DNA from: Octopus sinensis
Lineage: Eukaryota
DNA length: 64,000 nt
Direction: 5' to 3'
NCBI RefSeq assembly: GCF_006345805.1
Contig: NC_043023.1
Span: 2,604,001 to 2,668,000, forward strand
The notes under the pieces are model-generated. The model had not been told where the DNA came from. It did not search any database and worked only from the letters and a program-made list of their open reading frames with translations. Position 1 is the first letter of the stretch, and every line of letters starts with the position of its first letter. The translations under genes were made by a program, and so were the position numbers. This document shows positions 48,829-63,496 of the stretch, one piece after another.

Positions 48829-48905
<77 letters not shown>

Positions 48906-49239
48906 GTATATATATATATAGAGAGGGGGGCGGGGAGAGTGTAATAGAAAATGTATTGTAAAAATAAAGAGTAATAGAGGGAGGTAGAGATATATATAGA
49001 GAAAGAGGGAGTGGTGGGAGGAAAACATTAGAGAGAGACAATGATAGGAAATTATAACAGAATGTAGAAGAATGTGTGTATGTATCGGATGTGGCTGTGT
49101 GGTAAGAAGTTTGCTTCTCAACCACAGGGTTCTGGGTTCAATCCCACTGTATGGCACCTTGAGCAAGTGGGTCCTACTATAGACCTGGGCTGACCAAATC
49201 TTGTGGATGGATTTGATTGATGGAAACTGATAAAAGTCC

Positions 49240-49399
49240 ATCATGAGTGGCTTAGTGGTAAGTAGCTTGCTTACCAACCTCATGGTTCCAAGTTCAGTCC
49301 CACTGCGTGGAACCTTGGGCAATTGTTTTCAACTATCACCTCAGGCCAAACAAAGCCTTGTGAGTGGATTTGGTAGACAGAAACTGAAAGAAGCCTGTC

Positions 49400-49441
<42 letters not shown>

Positions 49442-49660
49442 TAGTGTGTATATGTGTCTGTGTTTGTCCCCCCAACATCGCTTGACAACCAATGCTGGTG
49501 TGCTTACGTCCCCGTAACCTAGTGGTTCGGCAAGAGACACCGATAGAATAAGTACTTGTCTTACAAAGAATAAGTCCTGGAGTCGATTTGCTAGACTAAA
49601 GGTGGTGCTCCAGCATGGACACAATCAAATTACTAAAACAAGTAAAAGCGTAAAAAGAGT
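49240..49660 (+). mobile_element. SINE family A copy, flanked by further partial copies (49085-49240, 49670-49880)
   Basis: Head, CORE-like segment and tail. Confidence 0.75.
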
Positions 49661-49887
49661 ATATGTATGTGTGTTTGTGTTTGTCTCCCCCACCACCACT
49701 TAACAACCAATGTTGGTGTGTTTATGTCCCCCTAACTTAGTGGTTTGTCAAAAGAAACTGATAGAATAAGTACCAGGCTTAAAAAAAAAGAAATAATGTG
49801 GTTGATTCATTCAACTAAAATTCTGCAAAGCAGTGCTCCAGCATGGCCACACTCTAAAGACTGTAACAAGTAAAAGAATAAAAAAAT

Positions 49888-50238
49888 AACAAGAACACCC
49901 AGAGGGCAGAAAACTCTGCCAAGGTGACACCAACGTCCTCTCAACGATTAGCCAGAGATGTTTATTAAAATGAGAATATCTGAAATAAACTCAACTGCTC
50001 TCACAAATGGGAATACTAAAAATGAACCTGACTACTCTCAAAAATTAAGTAAAAAAACGGGAAAAATAATCCAGAATCCTTGTCCGGTACCAGATCAATC
50101 CCAAAATCTAATCAGTTTGTGCCAGTCATGAGGCCAAACGTCCCTGAAAGTTTCATCCAAATCCATCCAGCGGTTCTTGAGATATGTAACAAACGTAACT
50201 GAAAACGATACCTCTACCCTCGCTAAGGCGGAGGTAAT
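49888..50238 (+). mobile_element. Helentron-associated (HINE/DINE-1-like) non-autonomous element, putative
   Basis: Starts aacaagaacacccagagggcagaaaactctgccaagg and ends ccctcgctaaggcggaggtaat (sub-terminal inverted ctc.gcc/ggcggag); a second start at ~50288. Confidence 0.5.
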
Positions 50239-50248
50239 GATGATGATG

Positions 50249-50282
<34 letters not shown>

Positions 50283-51339
50283 CAACAACAACAAGAGCAC
50301 TCAGAGAGCACAAACTTCCACAAACGTCCTTTCAACGTATTTTGTATTTCAAACCCAAACTATTATATTTAATATATTTAATGTGTCTAATTTATTTATC
50401 TGCTTACTTGCCTCTATATCTGCTCTACCATACTCTGAATGCCTTACACCCTGGGCATAGATACATTGAGGCTCCAACGTCTGGTGACTGTCTTAGTAAA
50501 CAGCCACAAAATTATTAACCATCGTGCCAACAAACACCATGAGCATCTTTTTGAACTCCATGTGTCTAACACATGTGAGCATGTCTACAACGTTAGAAGA
50601 CAGCTCAGCTCCCATGTCTTTTACTCATTTACTCTTTTACTTATTTCAGTCATTTGACTGTGGCCAAGCTGGTGCACTGCCTTCAGTCAAACAAATCGAC
50701 CCCAAGACTTATTCTTTGTAAGCCTAGTACTTACTCTATAAGCCTCCTAATTATGGGGATGTAAACACACCAACATCGGTTGTCAAGCGATGATGGGTGA
50801 CAACAAAAACACACGCACACATATATGATAGGCTTCTTTCAGTTTCCACCCACCAAATCCACTCACGAGGATGAAAGGCAAAGTTGACCTCGGCAGATAT
50901 AATATATATAATGTAGAGAAAAGGGGGTGGAAATAATACAATATGAAGAGAGGGGGGTGAAAATGATGGAGAGAGGAATATGAAAGATATAGCACTGTGT
51001 GGCACTTTGGGCAAGGGTCTTCTACCATGGCACTGGGCTGACCAAAGCCTTGTCAGTGGATTTGGTAGATGGAAACTGAGAGAAGCCCTGTGTATGTATG
51101 TATGTGTGTCTTTGTGTGTGTGTTTGTTTAATCCTTGCCATTGCTTGAATCTGGTGTTGGTTTGTTTATCCCCGTGACTTAGTAGTTCAGTAAAAGAAAC
51201 TGATAGAATAAGTTTCAGGCTTAAAAAAGAATTTCTTCTAGGTAGTGCTCCAGTATGGCCACAGTGTAATGACTGAAATAAGTAAGAAAAAAAAGAAAGA
51301 CAAATAGTGAGACATTTAGTAGGAATGAATATGAAATAG

Positions 51340-51982
51340 AGTGAGAGAGAGGGAGAGAGTGAGATAGACAGACAGTAAGAGAGAGAGAAAGAGTGAAAGA
51401 AAGAGAGAGATAGATAGTGAGACAGAGACTGTCAGAGAGAGACAGACAGTGAGAGACAGACAGAGAGTGAAAGAGAGAGTGAGAGACAGACAGAGAGTGA
51501 AAGAGAGAGTGAGAGACAGAGAGAGAAAGTGGGTGAGTAAGAGAGACAGACAGTGAGAGAGAGAAAGACAGGGAGTGAGAGAGAGAGAGAGAGAGAAAGA
51601 GTGAAAGAAAGAGAGAGATAGATAGTGAGACAGAGACTGTCAGAGAGAGACAGACAGTGAGAGAGAGAAAGACAGAGTGAGGGAGGGAGAGACAGAGGGA
51701 GGAAGTGAGAGAGAAAGAGTGAAAGAAAGAGAGAGATAGATAGTGAGACAGAGACTGTCAGAGAGAGACAGACAGTGAGAGAGAGGAGAGAGTGAGATAG
51801 ACAGACAGTAAGAGAGAGAGAAAGACAGGAAGAGAGAGAGAGAGAGAAAGACAGGGAGTGAGAGAGAGTAAGTGAGACAGATAGACAGACAGACTGACAG
51901 ACAGTGAGAGACAGACAGAGAGTGAAAGAGAGAGTGAGAGACAGAGAGAGAAAGACAGGGAGTGAGAGAGAGAGAGAGAGGG
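51340..51982. repeat. GA/GACA-rich tract with internal duplication
   Basis: agaaagagtgaaagaaagagagagatagatagtgagacagagactgtcagagagagacagacagtg three times. Confidence 0.9.
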
Positions 51983-52309
51983 AGGAGTGCAAAGGATGGA
52001 CGGTAAATTACAAGAGATATAGAGAAAGAAAGAGTAAGAGTTAGTAAGCGTTAAGAGAAATAGAGAGAGAGAGAGGTAGAGAGGGGGAGGGGGCATGTTC
52101 ATTTCTTCGATGTCATTTGTTAGTTTGTCATAAATTTCTGTTTGCATATTGCAGTGTGCACAGGGCTGAGTGCGTTGGTGCACATGCAATCATTAACACA
52201 TGCAGTTTGGGGTGATTTTTCATGGAAAAAAAATTTGTAACGCATATTTACACGTGTATTGATGTGTATTTAGTGAGAGATGTGTGTGTGGGGTGTTGCT
52301 TGTGTGAGA

Positions 52310-52317
52310 GTTTTGTG

Positions 52318-52366
<49 letters not shown>

Positions 52367-52477
52367 GCATATATATGTGTGTATATATATATATGTATAT
52401 ATATATATGTGCATATATATATATATCTATGTATATATATATGTGTGTATATATATGTGTGTATGTATATATATATG

Positions 52478-52509
<32 letters not shown>

Positions 52510-53271
52510 ATATATATATGGTATGTATATATGTGTATGTATATATGTGTATGTATGTATATATTATGTGTATATATATATGTGTATGTATATATATGTA
52601 TATATAATATATGTGTGTATATATATATGTTATATATATATATGCATATATATGTGTGTATATATATATATGTATATATATATATGTGCATATATATATA
52701 TATCTATGTATATATATATGTGTGTATATATATATGTGTGTGTGTATATATATATATATATATAATATATATATATATATGTGTATATATATGTGTGTAT
52801 GTATATATGTGTATGTATGTATATATATATATGTGTATATATATATGTGTATGTATATATATGTATATATATATATGTGTGTATATATATATGTATATAT
52901 ATATATACATATGTATATGTATGTATATATATATATGTGTGTGTGTATATATATGTATATATATATACACACACAGATATACACATGTATTTGTGCTTAT
53001 ATATAAAGTGTATATGTATACAGACACATACATAGATGTGTATGAACAGATACTTATATACAGATACAGGGAGAAGCTTGTATATTTTTATATACACATA
53101 TTCATAAATATATACGAATACACATGATTTTATGCCTATAAATGTGTGTATGTGTGTGTGTATTTATATACATGTGCATATCTGTGTGTGTGTGTGAGAG
53201 AGAGACAGTTTTGTGTATAGATATCAATACATAAAAATACTTGTATGTGTGCATATATCTATCTGTCTGTT

Positions 53272-53306
<35 letters not shown>

Positions 53307-53330
53307 ATCCATCTGTCTATCTATCTATTT
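52310..53330. repeat. TA/TG compound microsatellite
   Basis: Direct reading. Confidence 0.95.
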
Positions 53331-53451
53331 TCTAGAGAACAATCCTTTCTTAGTGGTAAAACCATAGGGTGTCTACTTCTAGCATAATGGATGTCCACTT
53401 AGTGGTCATCCCCCTTACATGCATGTATGTATGTATGTGTATATATATATA

Positions 53452-53856
53452 AATTCTTTTACTCTTTTACTTGTTTCAGTCATTTGACTGCGGCCATGCT
53501 GGAGCACCGCCTTTAATCGAGCAACTCAACCCCGGGACTTATTCTTTGTAAGCCCAGTACTTATTCTATCGGTCTCTTTTTCCGAACCGCTAAGTGACGG
53601 GGACGTAAACACACCAACATCGGTTGTCAAGCAAAGCTAGGGGGACAAAGACAGACACACAAACACACACATACATATATATATATACATATATACGACG
53701 GGCTTCTTTCAGTTTCCATCTACCAAATCCACTCACAAGGCATTGGTCGGCCTGGGGCTATAGCAGAAGACATTCGCCCAAGGTGCCACGCAGTGGGACT
53801 GAACCCGGAACCATGTGGTTGGTTAGCAAGCTACTTACCACACAGCCACTTCTGCG

Positions 53857-53859
<3 letters not shown>
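53452..53859 (-). mobile_element. SINE family A, close to consensus
   Basis: Full match, many CpG retained. Confidence 0.85.
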
Positions 53860-53897
<38 letters not shown>

Positions 53898-54279
53898 ACT
53901 TGTATTTGTCTATCTGTGTATGTGTGAGTGTGTTTCTGTATGTGAATATAGACATATGATTTACACAACTACACACATACATGGATATACAAAATATATA
54001 CATATACACACACATGCATGCACACATTTTAAGATACAAATACACACACAATACAGTGGAGCAATGGAAAGGCTTGTATCATAGCTAAACATGTTTAATG
54101 GAGCGAGTTACAGTGTATTGAAACCACACACACAGTCACACACACACAGTCACACACACACAGTCACACACACACACACATACTGGTCAGTGAGTGACTT
54201 CTTCTCTTTCACCATTCCTCTTAACATTCTTTTACTTTATACAGCTTACCACACACTCTTGCTCTTTCATTTTTCAATC

Positions 54280-56345
<2,066 letters not shown>

Positions 56346-56808
56346 TGTTTGACATTTGGTTTCATATAGATTCCTTCCTGTTTTTGATTACATCTTGTTC
56401 TCTTGAAGAGATTCCGTGGAACCCATAAACCATTTTTACATTAATGTAAAGTCAGTGAAGAGAATAGCGAAGAAGAATATTAATACACATGGCAACATGG
56501 CTACAGTTGTGTTGGGGCCGCTGTGTTTCCTATAAATACTAGCTTTGTTCAGGATAAATAGACAGTGTGTGAAGTTAAGTGTATAGGGGAATGAGGGATT
56601 AGTTTGTTAGGTGGTTAAGGGGCCTGGGTATGTTGGTGGGGTGTGAAGGGAGAGAAAGGGAGAGAGAGAGGGAGTGAAAGGGGCTGGGAGATGAGTGGAT
56701 AAGAATGTTGTAGATGTTAAATTGAGAGATAGAGAGAGGGATATAAGAATGTGGTGTAGATTTTAAATGGATGGATGGATAGATAGAGAGACAGATAGAG
56801 GGCTGGAG

Positions 56809-56840
<32 letters not shown>

Positions 56841-56900
56841 ATGGAGAGAGGTAGATAGAGAGATAGATAGATAGAGGGATAGAGATAGATAGATAGATAG

Positions 56901-56934
<34 letters not shown>

Positions 56935-56986
56935 CTGGAGAAATAGAGAGAGAGACATAGACAGAGAGTGAGAGAGAGAGAGAGAT

Positions 56987-57029
<43 letters not shown>

Positions 57030-57038
57030 TAGATAGAT

Positions 57039-57083
<45 letters not shown>

Positions 57084-57134
57084 TAGATAGATAGATAGAT
57101 AGATAGATACAGAGAGATGCATATATACATATAT

Positions 57135-58800
57135 GTAGATGTTGAGTGGACAGAGAGACACAGTGTGTAGATGTTGAGTGGACAGAAATAGACACAGTGT
57201 GTAGATGTTGAGTGGACAGAAATAGACACAGTGTGTAGATGTTGAGTGGACAGAAATAGACACAGTGTGTAGATGTTGAGTGGACAGAGAGACACAGTGT
57301 GTAGATGTTGAGTAGACAGATAGACACAGTGTGTAGATGTTGAGTGGACAGAGAGACACAGTGTGTAGATGTTGAGTAGACAGATAGACACAGTGTGTAG
57401 ATGTTGAGTGGACAGAGAGACACAGTGTGTAGATGTTGAGTAGACAGATAGACACAGTGTGTAGATGTTGAGTGGACAGATAGACAGTGTGTGTAGATGT
57501 TGAGTGGACAGAGAGACACAGTGTGTAGATATTGAGTGGACAGATAGACACAGTGTGTAGATGTTGAGTGGATAGAGAGACAGTGTGTAGATGTCGAGTG
57601 GACAGAGAGACAGTGTGTAGATGTTGAGTGGACAGATAGACACAGTGTGTAGATGTTTAGTGGACAGAAAGACAGTGTGTAGATGTTGAGTGGACAGATA
57701 GACAGTGTGTAGATGTTGAGTGGACAGAGAGACAGTGTGTAGATGTTGAGTGGACAGAGAGACACAGTGTGTAGATGTTGAGTGGACAGAGAGACACAGT
57801 GTGTAGATGTTGAGTGGACAGAGAGACACAGTGTGTAGATGTTGAGTGGACTAAGAGACACAGTGTGTAGATGTTGAGTGGACAGATAGACAGTGTGTAG
57901 ATGTTGAGTGGACAGAGAGACACAGTGTGTAGATGTTGAGTGGACAGATAGACAGTGTGTGTAGATGTTGAGTGGACAGAGAGACACAGTGTGTAGATGT
58001 TGAGTGGACAGAGAGACACAGTGTGTAGATGTTGAGTGGACAGACAGACACAGTGTGTAGATGTTGAGAGGACAGAGACACACAGTGTGTAGATGTTGAG
58101 TGGACAGATGGACACAGTGTGTAGATGTTGAGTGGACAGATAGACACAGTGTGTAGATGTTGAGTGGACAGAGAGACACAGAGTGTAGATGTTGAGGGGA
58201 CAGAGACACAGTGTGTAGATGTTGAGTGGACAGAGAGACACAGTGTGTAGATGTTAAGTGGACAGGGAGACACAGTGTGTTGATGTTGCGTGGACAGGGA
58301 GACACAGAGTGTAGATGTTGAGTGGACAGAGAGACACAGTGTGTAGATGTTGAGTGGACAGGGAGACACAGAGTGTAGATGTTGAGTGGACAGAGAGACA
58401 CAGTGTGTAGATGTTGAGTGGACAGGGAGACACAGTGTGTTGATGTTGCGTGGACAGGGAGACACAGAGTGTAGATGTTGAGTGGACAGAGAGACACAGT
58501 GTGTAGATGTTGAGTGGACAGGGAGACACAGAGTGTAGATGTTGAGTTGACAGATAGATACAGTGTGTAGATGATGAGGGGACAGAAGGACACAGTGTGT
58601 AGATGATGAGGGGACAGAGAGACACAGTGTGTAGATGTTGAGTGGACTAAGAGACACAGTGTGTAGATGTTGAGTGGACAGAGAGACACAGTGTGTAGAT
58701 GTTGAGTGGACAGAGAGACAGTGTGTAGATGTTGAGTGGACAGAGAGACAGTGTGTAGATGATAAGTGGACAGAGAGACACAGTGTGTAGATGTTGAGTG
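57135..58800. repeat. 30/32-bp minisatellite, ~52 copies
   Basis: Unit gtagatgttgagtggacagagagacacagtgt. Confidence 0.95.
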
Positions 58801-60479
58801 AATAGAAATACATAGAGTGTGGTGATGGTGACTGGATAGATATATATCTATAGTGTTAAGATGTTGGAGTGAATAGATAGACACTAGATATATAGAAAGA
58901 TACAGTATGGACGGATAGCTAGACAGATGCTTTTGAGGATATGCTGATAGAGGATGTGCTTTAGATTGTTGGGGTTTTGCCTCATCCAGAAGAATTATTT
59001 CTTTGAAATCCCCCATTGTGTTACTTCTATAATCTGTCCAGCTCTTGTCCAAAATTCCACAAAGAGCAAGATTGATGGCAAAACGTTTGACAGCAATGAA
59101 AATGAAAATTAAGTGTTGTGTATGTGTCCCATTGCTAAGAACTAAGGAACAGATCCTGTTTGTGGTCACTCTGCTCTCTTGGAAATATCAGCCAAGTTCC
59201 TCTCAAATATTACCCTGGCTTTGTAAAGAACAATAAACACATTTTTCTTTAACTTTGGAATTTTTAAGATTTAAGGGCTTGATGGAGGGCAGCAGGATCA
59301 TATCAACCAGCTAGGCACACATACATACATGCACACACACATGAAGTGTTTAATTGTGGATTTATAATGCAACCAATGGTTTCATACATAAGGTTCTCCA
59401 CAATTATTATTTTCTATCTTTTATTTGTTTCAGTCATTAAACTACGACTATGCTGGAGCACTTCCTTGAGGAATTTTTTAGTCAAATGAATCAACCCCAG
59501 TAGTTATTTTTTTAAAAAAACCTGGTCCTTATTCTATCAGACTCTTTTGCCAGACTGCTAAGTTACTAGGATGGAAACACACAAGCACTGGCTGTCAAGT
59601 GATGGTGAAGGACAAATGCAGACATAAAGACACACACACTCACACATATACATATACGATGAGCTTCTTTCAGTTTCCATCTACAAAATCCACTAAGGTG
59701 TCATGCAGTGGGAATGAACCCAGAAACCATGTGGCTGGTAAGCAAGTTACTTACCACACATACATGCCTGCTCCTATATATTTATATTTGTATTTGCCAA
59801 GCAGTAGGACTGAACCTGGAATGATGTGGTTGGGAAGTAAGCTTCTAACTACACATATACATTCTTTTACTCATTTTAGTAATTTTGACTGTGGCCATAC
59901 AGGAGCACATCTTTTACTTGTTCCTGTGAGTGGACTGTGGCCATGCTGGGGCACTGATTTGAAGGGTTTAATTGAATAAATCCACCCAGATTTTAAGTCT
60001 GGTGTTTCTATTTATCCCCTGTTGAAACACTAAGTTTATAGGGACATAAACAAACCAACCTCAGTTGTAAATAGTGTGGATGACATAAACAAACAAAGAC
60101 ACATGCTCATACACACACAAATACAACAGGCTACCACACACTTTCTGTCAAAGTCACTCACCAGGCTTTGGCTGTGCCGGGACTAAAGTAGAAGATACCT
60201 ATGCAGGGTTCAGACCCTGCATAGGGATCTTCACTGTAGGACCCTAAACTCTAAACCTCATGGTTACAAAGGAAGCTCTATTATCACTCAGCCATAGATA
60301 AAAATATATATGAGAATGATGTAGACACCTCTGATGAGAACTCAATAAGGTTGAAAAAAAATCGATGCAGGTTGTTCATCTTTTCGGTCTTGGAGAAATG
60401 GCTAAAAGTTTCCCTGTTTATAATTATACCATATGTTACATATATACTTTACTTTGATAGGTTTTGGCAAAGTCATTCA

Positions 60480-60950
60480 AATCAGGAATCGGACAACATG
60501 GTCTGCTTGAGTTAAGAGTTATTGTTTATGAAGACATATCCAGGTGTAGGAGGTTTATCCAGGATTTCTTGAAGGAATTTGTCCAAAGACTACTTGAACT
60601 TTATGGGGTCTGTTTCTGCTTAAATGTGTTTTGGTGTATGTTAAAGAGAGCAGAGCCAATTGAGGTGAAATAATTGTGCCCTATTGTTGTAATGAGATGC
60701 AAGTGTGACTTATGTGGTTGGTGGACAGCATGGGGCCAAAGTCTTGGTTGTATCTTAAAGGTGATGCCACCATCATTTGGGCAATGCTGATGGAATATTT
60801 TTGACATCATGCATATGATGTAGGACTCACACGTCATTGGAGAGAATAAAGGTTGAGCTTTTCAGGTCGACCCCATTAGTCAAGGCCTATCATGCCATCA
60901 ATCTTTTTTGTAATTGACCTCTGAAGTGTTTCAACATCCATGATACGTAT
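60480..60950 (-). pseudogene. CR1/L2-type LINE RT C-terminal relic
   Basis: LD*WGRPEKLNLYSLQ...; YIICMMSKIFHQHCPND; then ETDPIKFK**SLDKFLQEILDKPPTPGY...NNNS. Confidence 0.7.
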
Positions 60951-61393
60951 TTTAGTTATTTCCCAGTGGCCATGCTGGAGCATCATCATGAACAAATTCG
61001 CCTCAAGACTATTTTTGCAGCCTTGTACTTATTCTATCAGTCTCTTTTGCTGAACTGCTAAGTTATGGTAGATGTAAACATGCCAACACTAAGAACAAAT
61101 ACAGACAAACACACACACGCATAGATGGCTGTATTAATAATAATAATAATAATAATAATTAGGTGTAAACACATGAACAAAATAAAAATAAACAAAAACA
61201 AAAAACAAATTACACGAACGTATATAAACAGGAGATACAAATATTACAGGCACTTCACCCACTCACACACACACTAACTAAACATAGACACACATAGAGG
61301 TATACGCATGCGCAAATGAAGACATACAATAGAAATACAAAATGGCTGACGGTTGGTAAGGAGAGACACACAAATAAGAAAGAAGAAAACAAA

Positions 61394-61438
61394 GGACCAC
61401 TGATGAGGCCACAGGAGTGTGACGAAAGAACTCTGGCC
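61394..61438 (+). ncRNA. Putative minimal type I hammerhead ribozyme
   Basis: GGACCA|CTGATGA|G|GCCACA-GGAG-TGTGAC|GAA|AG-AA-CT|C|TGGCC; CUC triplet; one mismatch in each of stems I and II. Confidence 0.5.
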
Positions 61439-61559
61439 GAAATAAGATTAAGATTAATGTAAAAAATAAATAACACTGAAGCAAAGTAACACCAAATATA
61501 TAGTGCGTGTGTTTTATTGGTTAAACTGTCAAAATGACCATTCCGAAATATAACAATAT

Positions 61560-61795
61560 ATATATGTGTGTGTGTGTGTGTGTATATACGTGTTTGTGTG
61601 TCTGTGTTTGTCCCCCAACATCATTTGATAACCAATGCTGGTGAGTTTACATCCCTGTAACTTAGTGGTTCAGCAAAAGAGACGAATAGAATAAGTACTA
61701 GGCTTCCAAAGAATAAATCCTGGGGTCAATTTGCTCGACTAAAGGTAGTGCTCCAGCATGGCCACAGTCAAATAACCGAAACAAGTAAAAGAGTA
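61560..61795 (+). mobile_element. SINE family A 3' half
   Basis: Tail match. Confidence 0.75.
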
Positions 61796-62290
61796 TTCCT
61801 CTAGCCATCACTCATCGTCTCTTTTTAACCAAATCCATCCAGTGACTAACCTTCTCCATTGTAGTTTAACAATGAAATTTCAACTTCAGCTAATCTAAAT
61901 TTAATCCTTTAGCATTGAGATTACTCTATCAAATGTAATCCTTATTTATTCTCGTTGTTTTGAATTAATCCTGCATTATCTTGTAGCTTTGAGATTTCGA
62001 TGATGTGATTGTTCGTTACTGGAATGGCATTCTAGGGTCAGCATGAGAGGCCAGTTCTGGCTGGTTTTGTACGTATAGCAGAATATTTGGGCCAGGTACG
62101 ACATTCACGTTACTCCATCAGATGTTTCCCAACCACATGGTTCCGGGTTCAGTCCCACTGTTTTGCACCTTGGGCAAGTGTTTTCTACTATAACCTCAGG
62201 CTGACCAAAGCCTTGTGATGGAGATAGACATGTGTGTGTGTGAATATATGTAAATATATAGAACTAAATGAATTTGATATAGACATGTAG

Positions 62291-62342
<52 letters not shown>

Positions 62343-62343
<1 letters not shown>

Positions 62344-63412
62344 CATCATCATCATCATCATCGTTTAACGTCCGTTTACTGCACCAGCATGGGTTGGACG
62401 GTTCGACCGGGGTCTGGGAAACCAGGGCCTGCACCAGGCTCCAGTCTGATCTGGCCGTGTTTCTACAGCTGGATGCCCTTCCTAACACCAACCATTCCGC
62501 AAGTGTAGTGGGTGCTTTTTACGTGCCACCTGCACAGTTGCCAGGGGAGTCTGGCATTGGCCACGATCGGTTGGTGCTTTTAACGTGTCACTGGCACGGA
62601 AGCCAGGCGAGGTACTTTGAATGGGCAGGGGCTATGCGGAACTTGTGCAGGAAGCAGCCCGGGTCTTTGCAATCACAGCATATCTCCAGAGATCTCGGTC
62701 CTTCGCCATTGCCTCAGTGAGGCCCAACGCTTTGATGTCATGCTTGACTACCTCATCCCATGTCTTCCTGGGTCTAACTCTCCCCCTGATACCTTCAACT
62801 GTTTGGGAGTAGCACTTCACACATCTCTCCTCATCCATCCACAGTACATGACCATACCATCGCAAGCGTCGCTCTTGCACACCACATCTGATGCTTCTTA
62901 TGTCCAGCATTTCTCTCAGGGTGCTTACCCTCTGTCGTGCGTGCACACTGACATTACACATCCAGCGGATCATGCTAGCTTCATTTCTTTCAAGTCTACT
63001 CATGTCCTCTGCAGTCACAGCCCATGTTTCACTACCGTGAAGCATGGCAGTTCGCACACATGCATCATACAATCTACCTTTCACTCTGAGTGAGAGACCC
63101 TTTGTCGCCAGTAGGGGTAGGAGCTTTCTAAACTTTGCCCAGGCTATTTGTATTCTAGTGGTGATACTCTCTGAGCATCCACCTCCACTCCTAACTTGGT
63201 CACCTAGGTAGCGGAAACTATCAACTACTTCTAGTTTCTCCCTCAGGAGTGTAATGGAATCTGTTTTCTGAGTATCTGTGGTGTCTATTGTCCCTGTGCA
63301 TCTGCCACACAGGAAAGCTATCCTATCAGTTAATTTACCTTTGATGTTGCTGCACCTCTTATGTGTCCATAGCTTACACTGGGTGCATCTTATGGAGTTT
63401 CTACCTACACCT
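62343..63412 (-). mobile_element. 5'-truncated RTE-clade LINE with 3' UTR and (GAT)n tail
   Basis: 3' end ...gtccaacccatgctggtgcagtaaacggacgttaaacgatgatgat; RT C-terminus open. Confidence 0.9.
62632..63412 (-). pseudogene. RTE reverse transcriptase C-terminal ~260 aa, open frame
   Basis: GVGRNSIRCTQCKLWTHKRCSNI...LCGRC...LEVVDSFRYLGDQ...RIQIAWAKFRKL...KGRLYDACVRTAMLHGSETW...RRLRWYGHV...GRVRPRKTW. Confidence 0.9.
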
Positions 63413-63496
63413 TATATATGTATATATATATATAAGTATATACAGATTTATGTATCTATATAAGTATATACATATATGTAGATATATATATATATA

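Larger units (their letters stand above)
48014..48890. mobile_element. Two tandem 447-bp copies of a Penelope-like fold-back element
   Basis: Hairpin 48014-48157 (67-bp arms, 2 mismatches, 10-nt loop) repeated at 48461-48604; each unit ends in (TA)n. Confidence 0.8.

Noticed and set aside
56500-56570. TATA/MEF2-like motif cctataaatactag
   Set aside because: Expected by chance in AT-rich DNA, and there is no downstream gene.
56599-59169. 856-aa Cys/His-rich ORF that looks like a zinc-finger array
   Set aside because: It is a 32/30-bp minisatellite cycling through frames, with no C2H2 spacing or TGEKP linkers.
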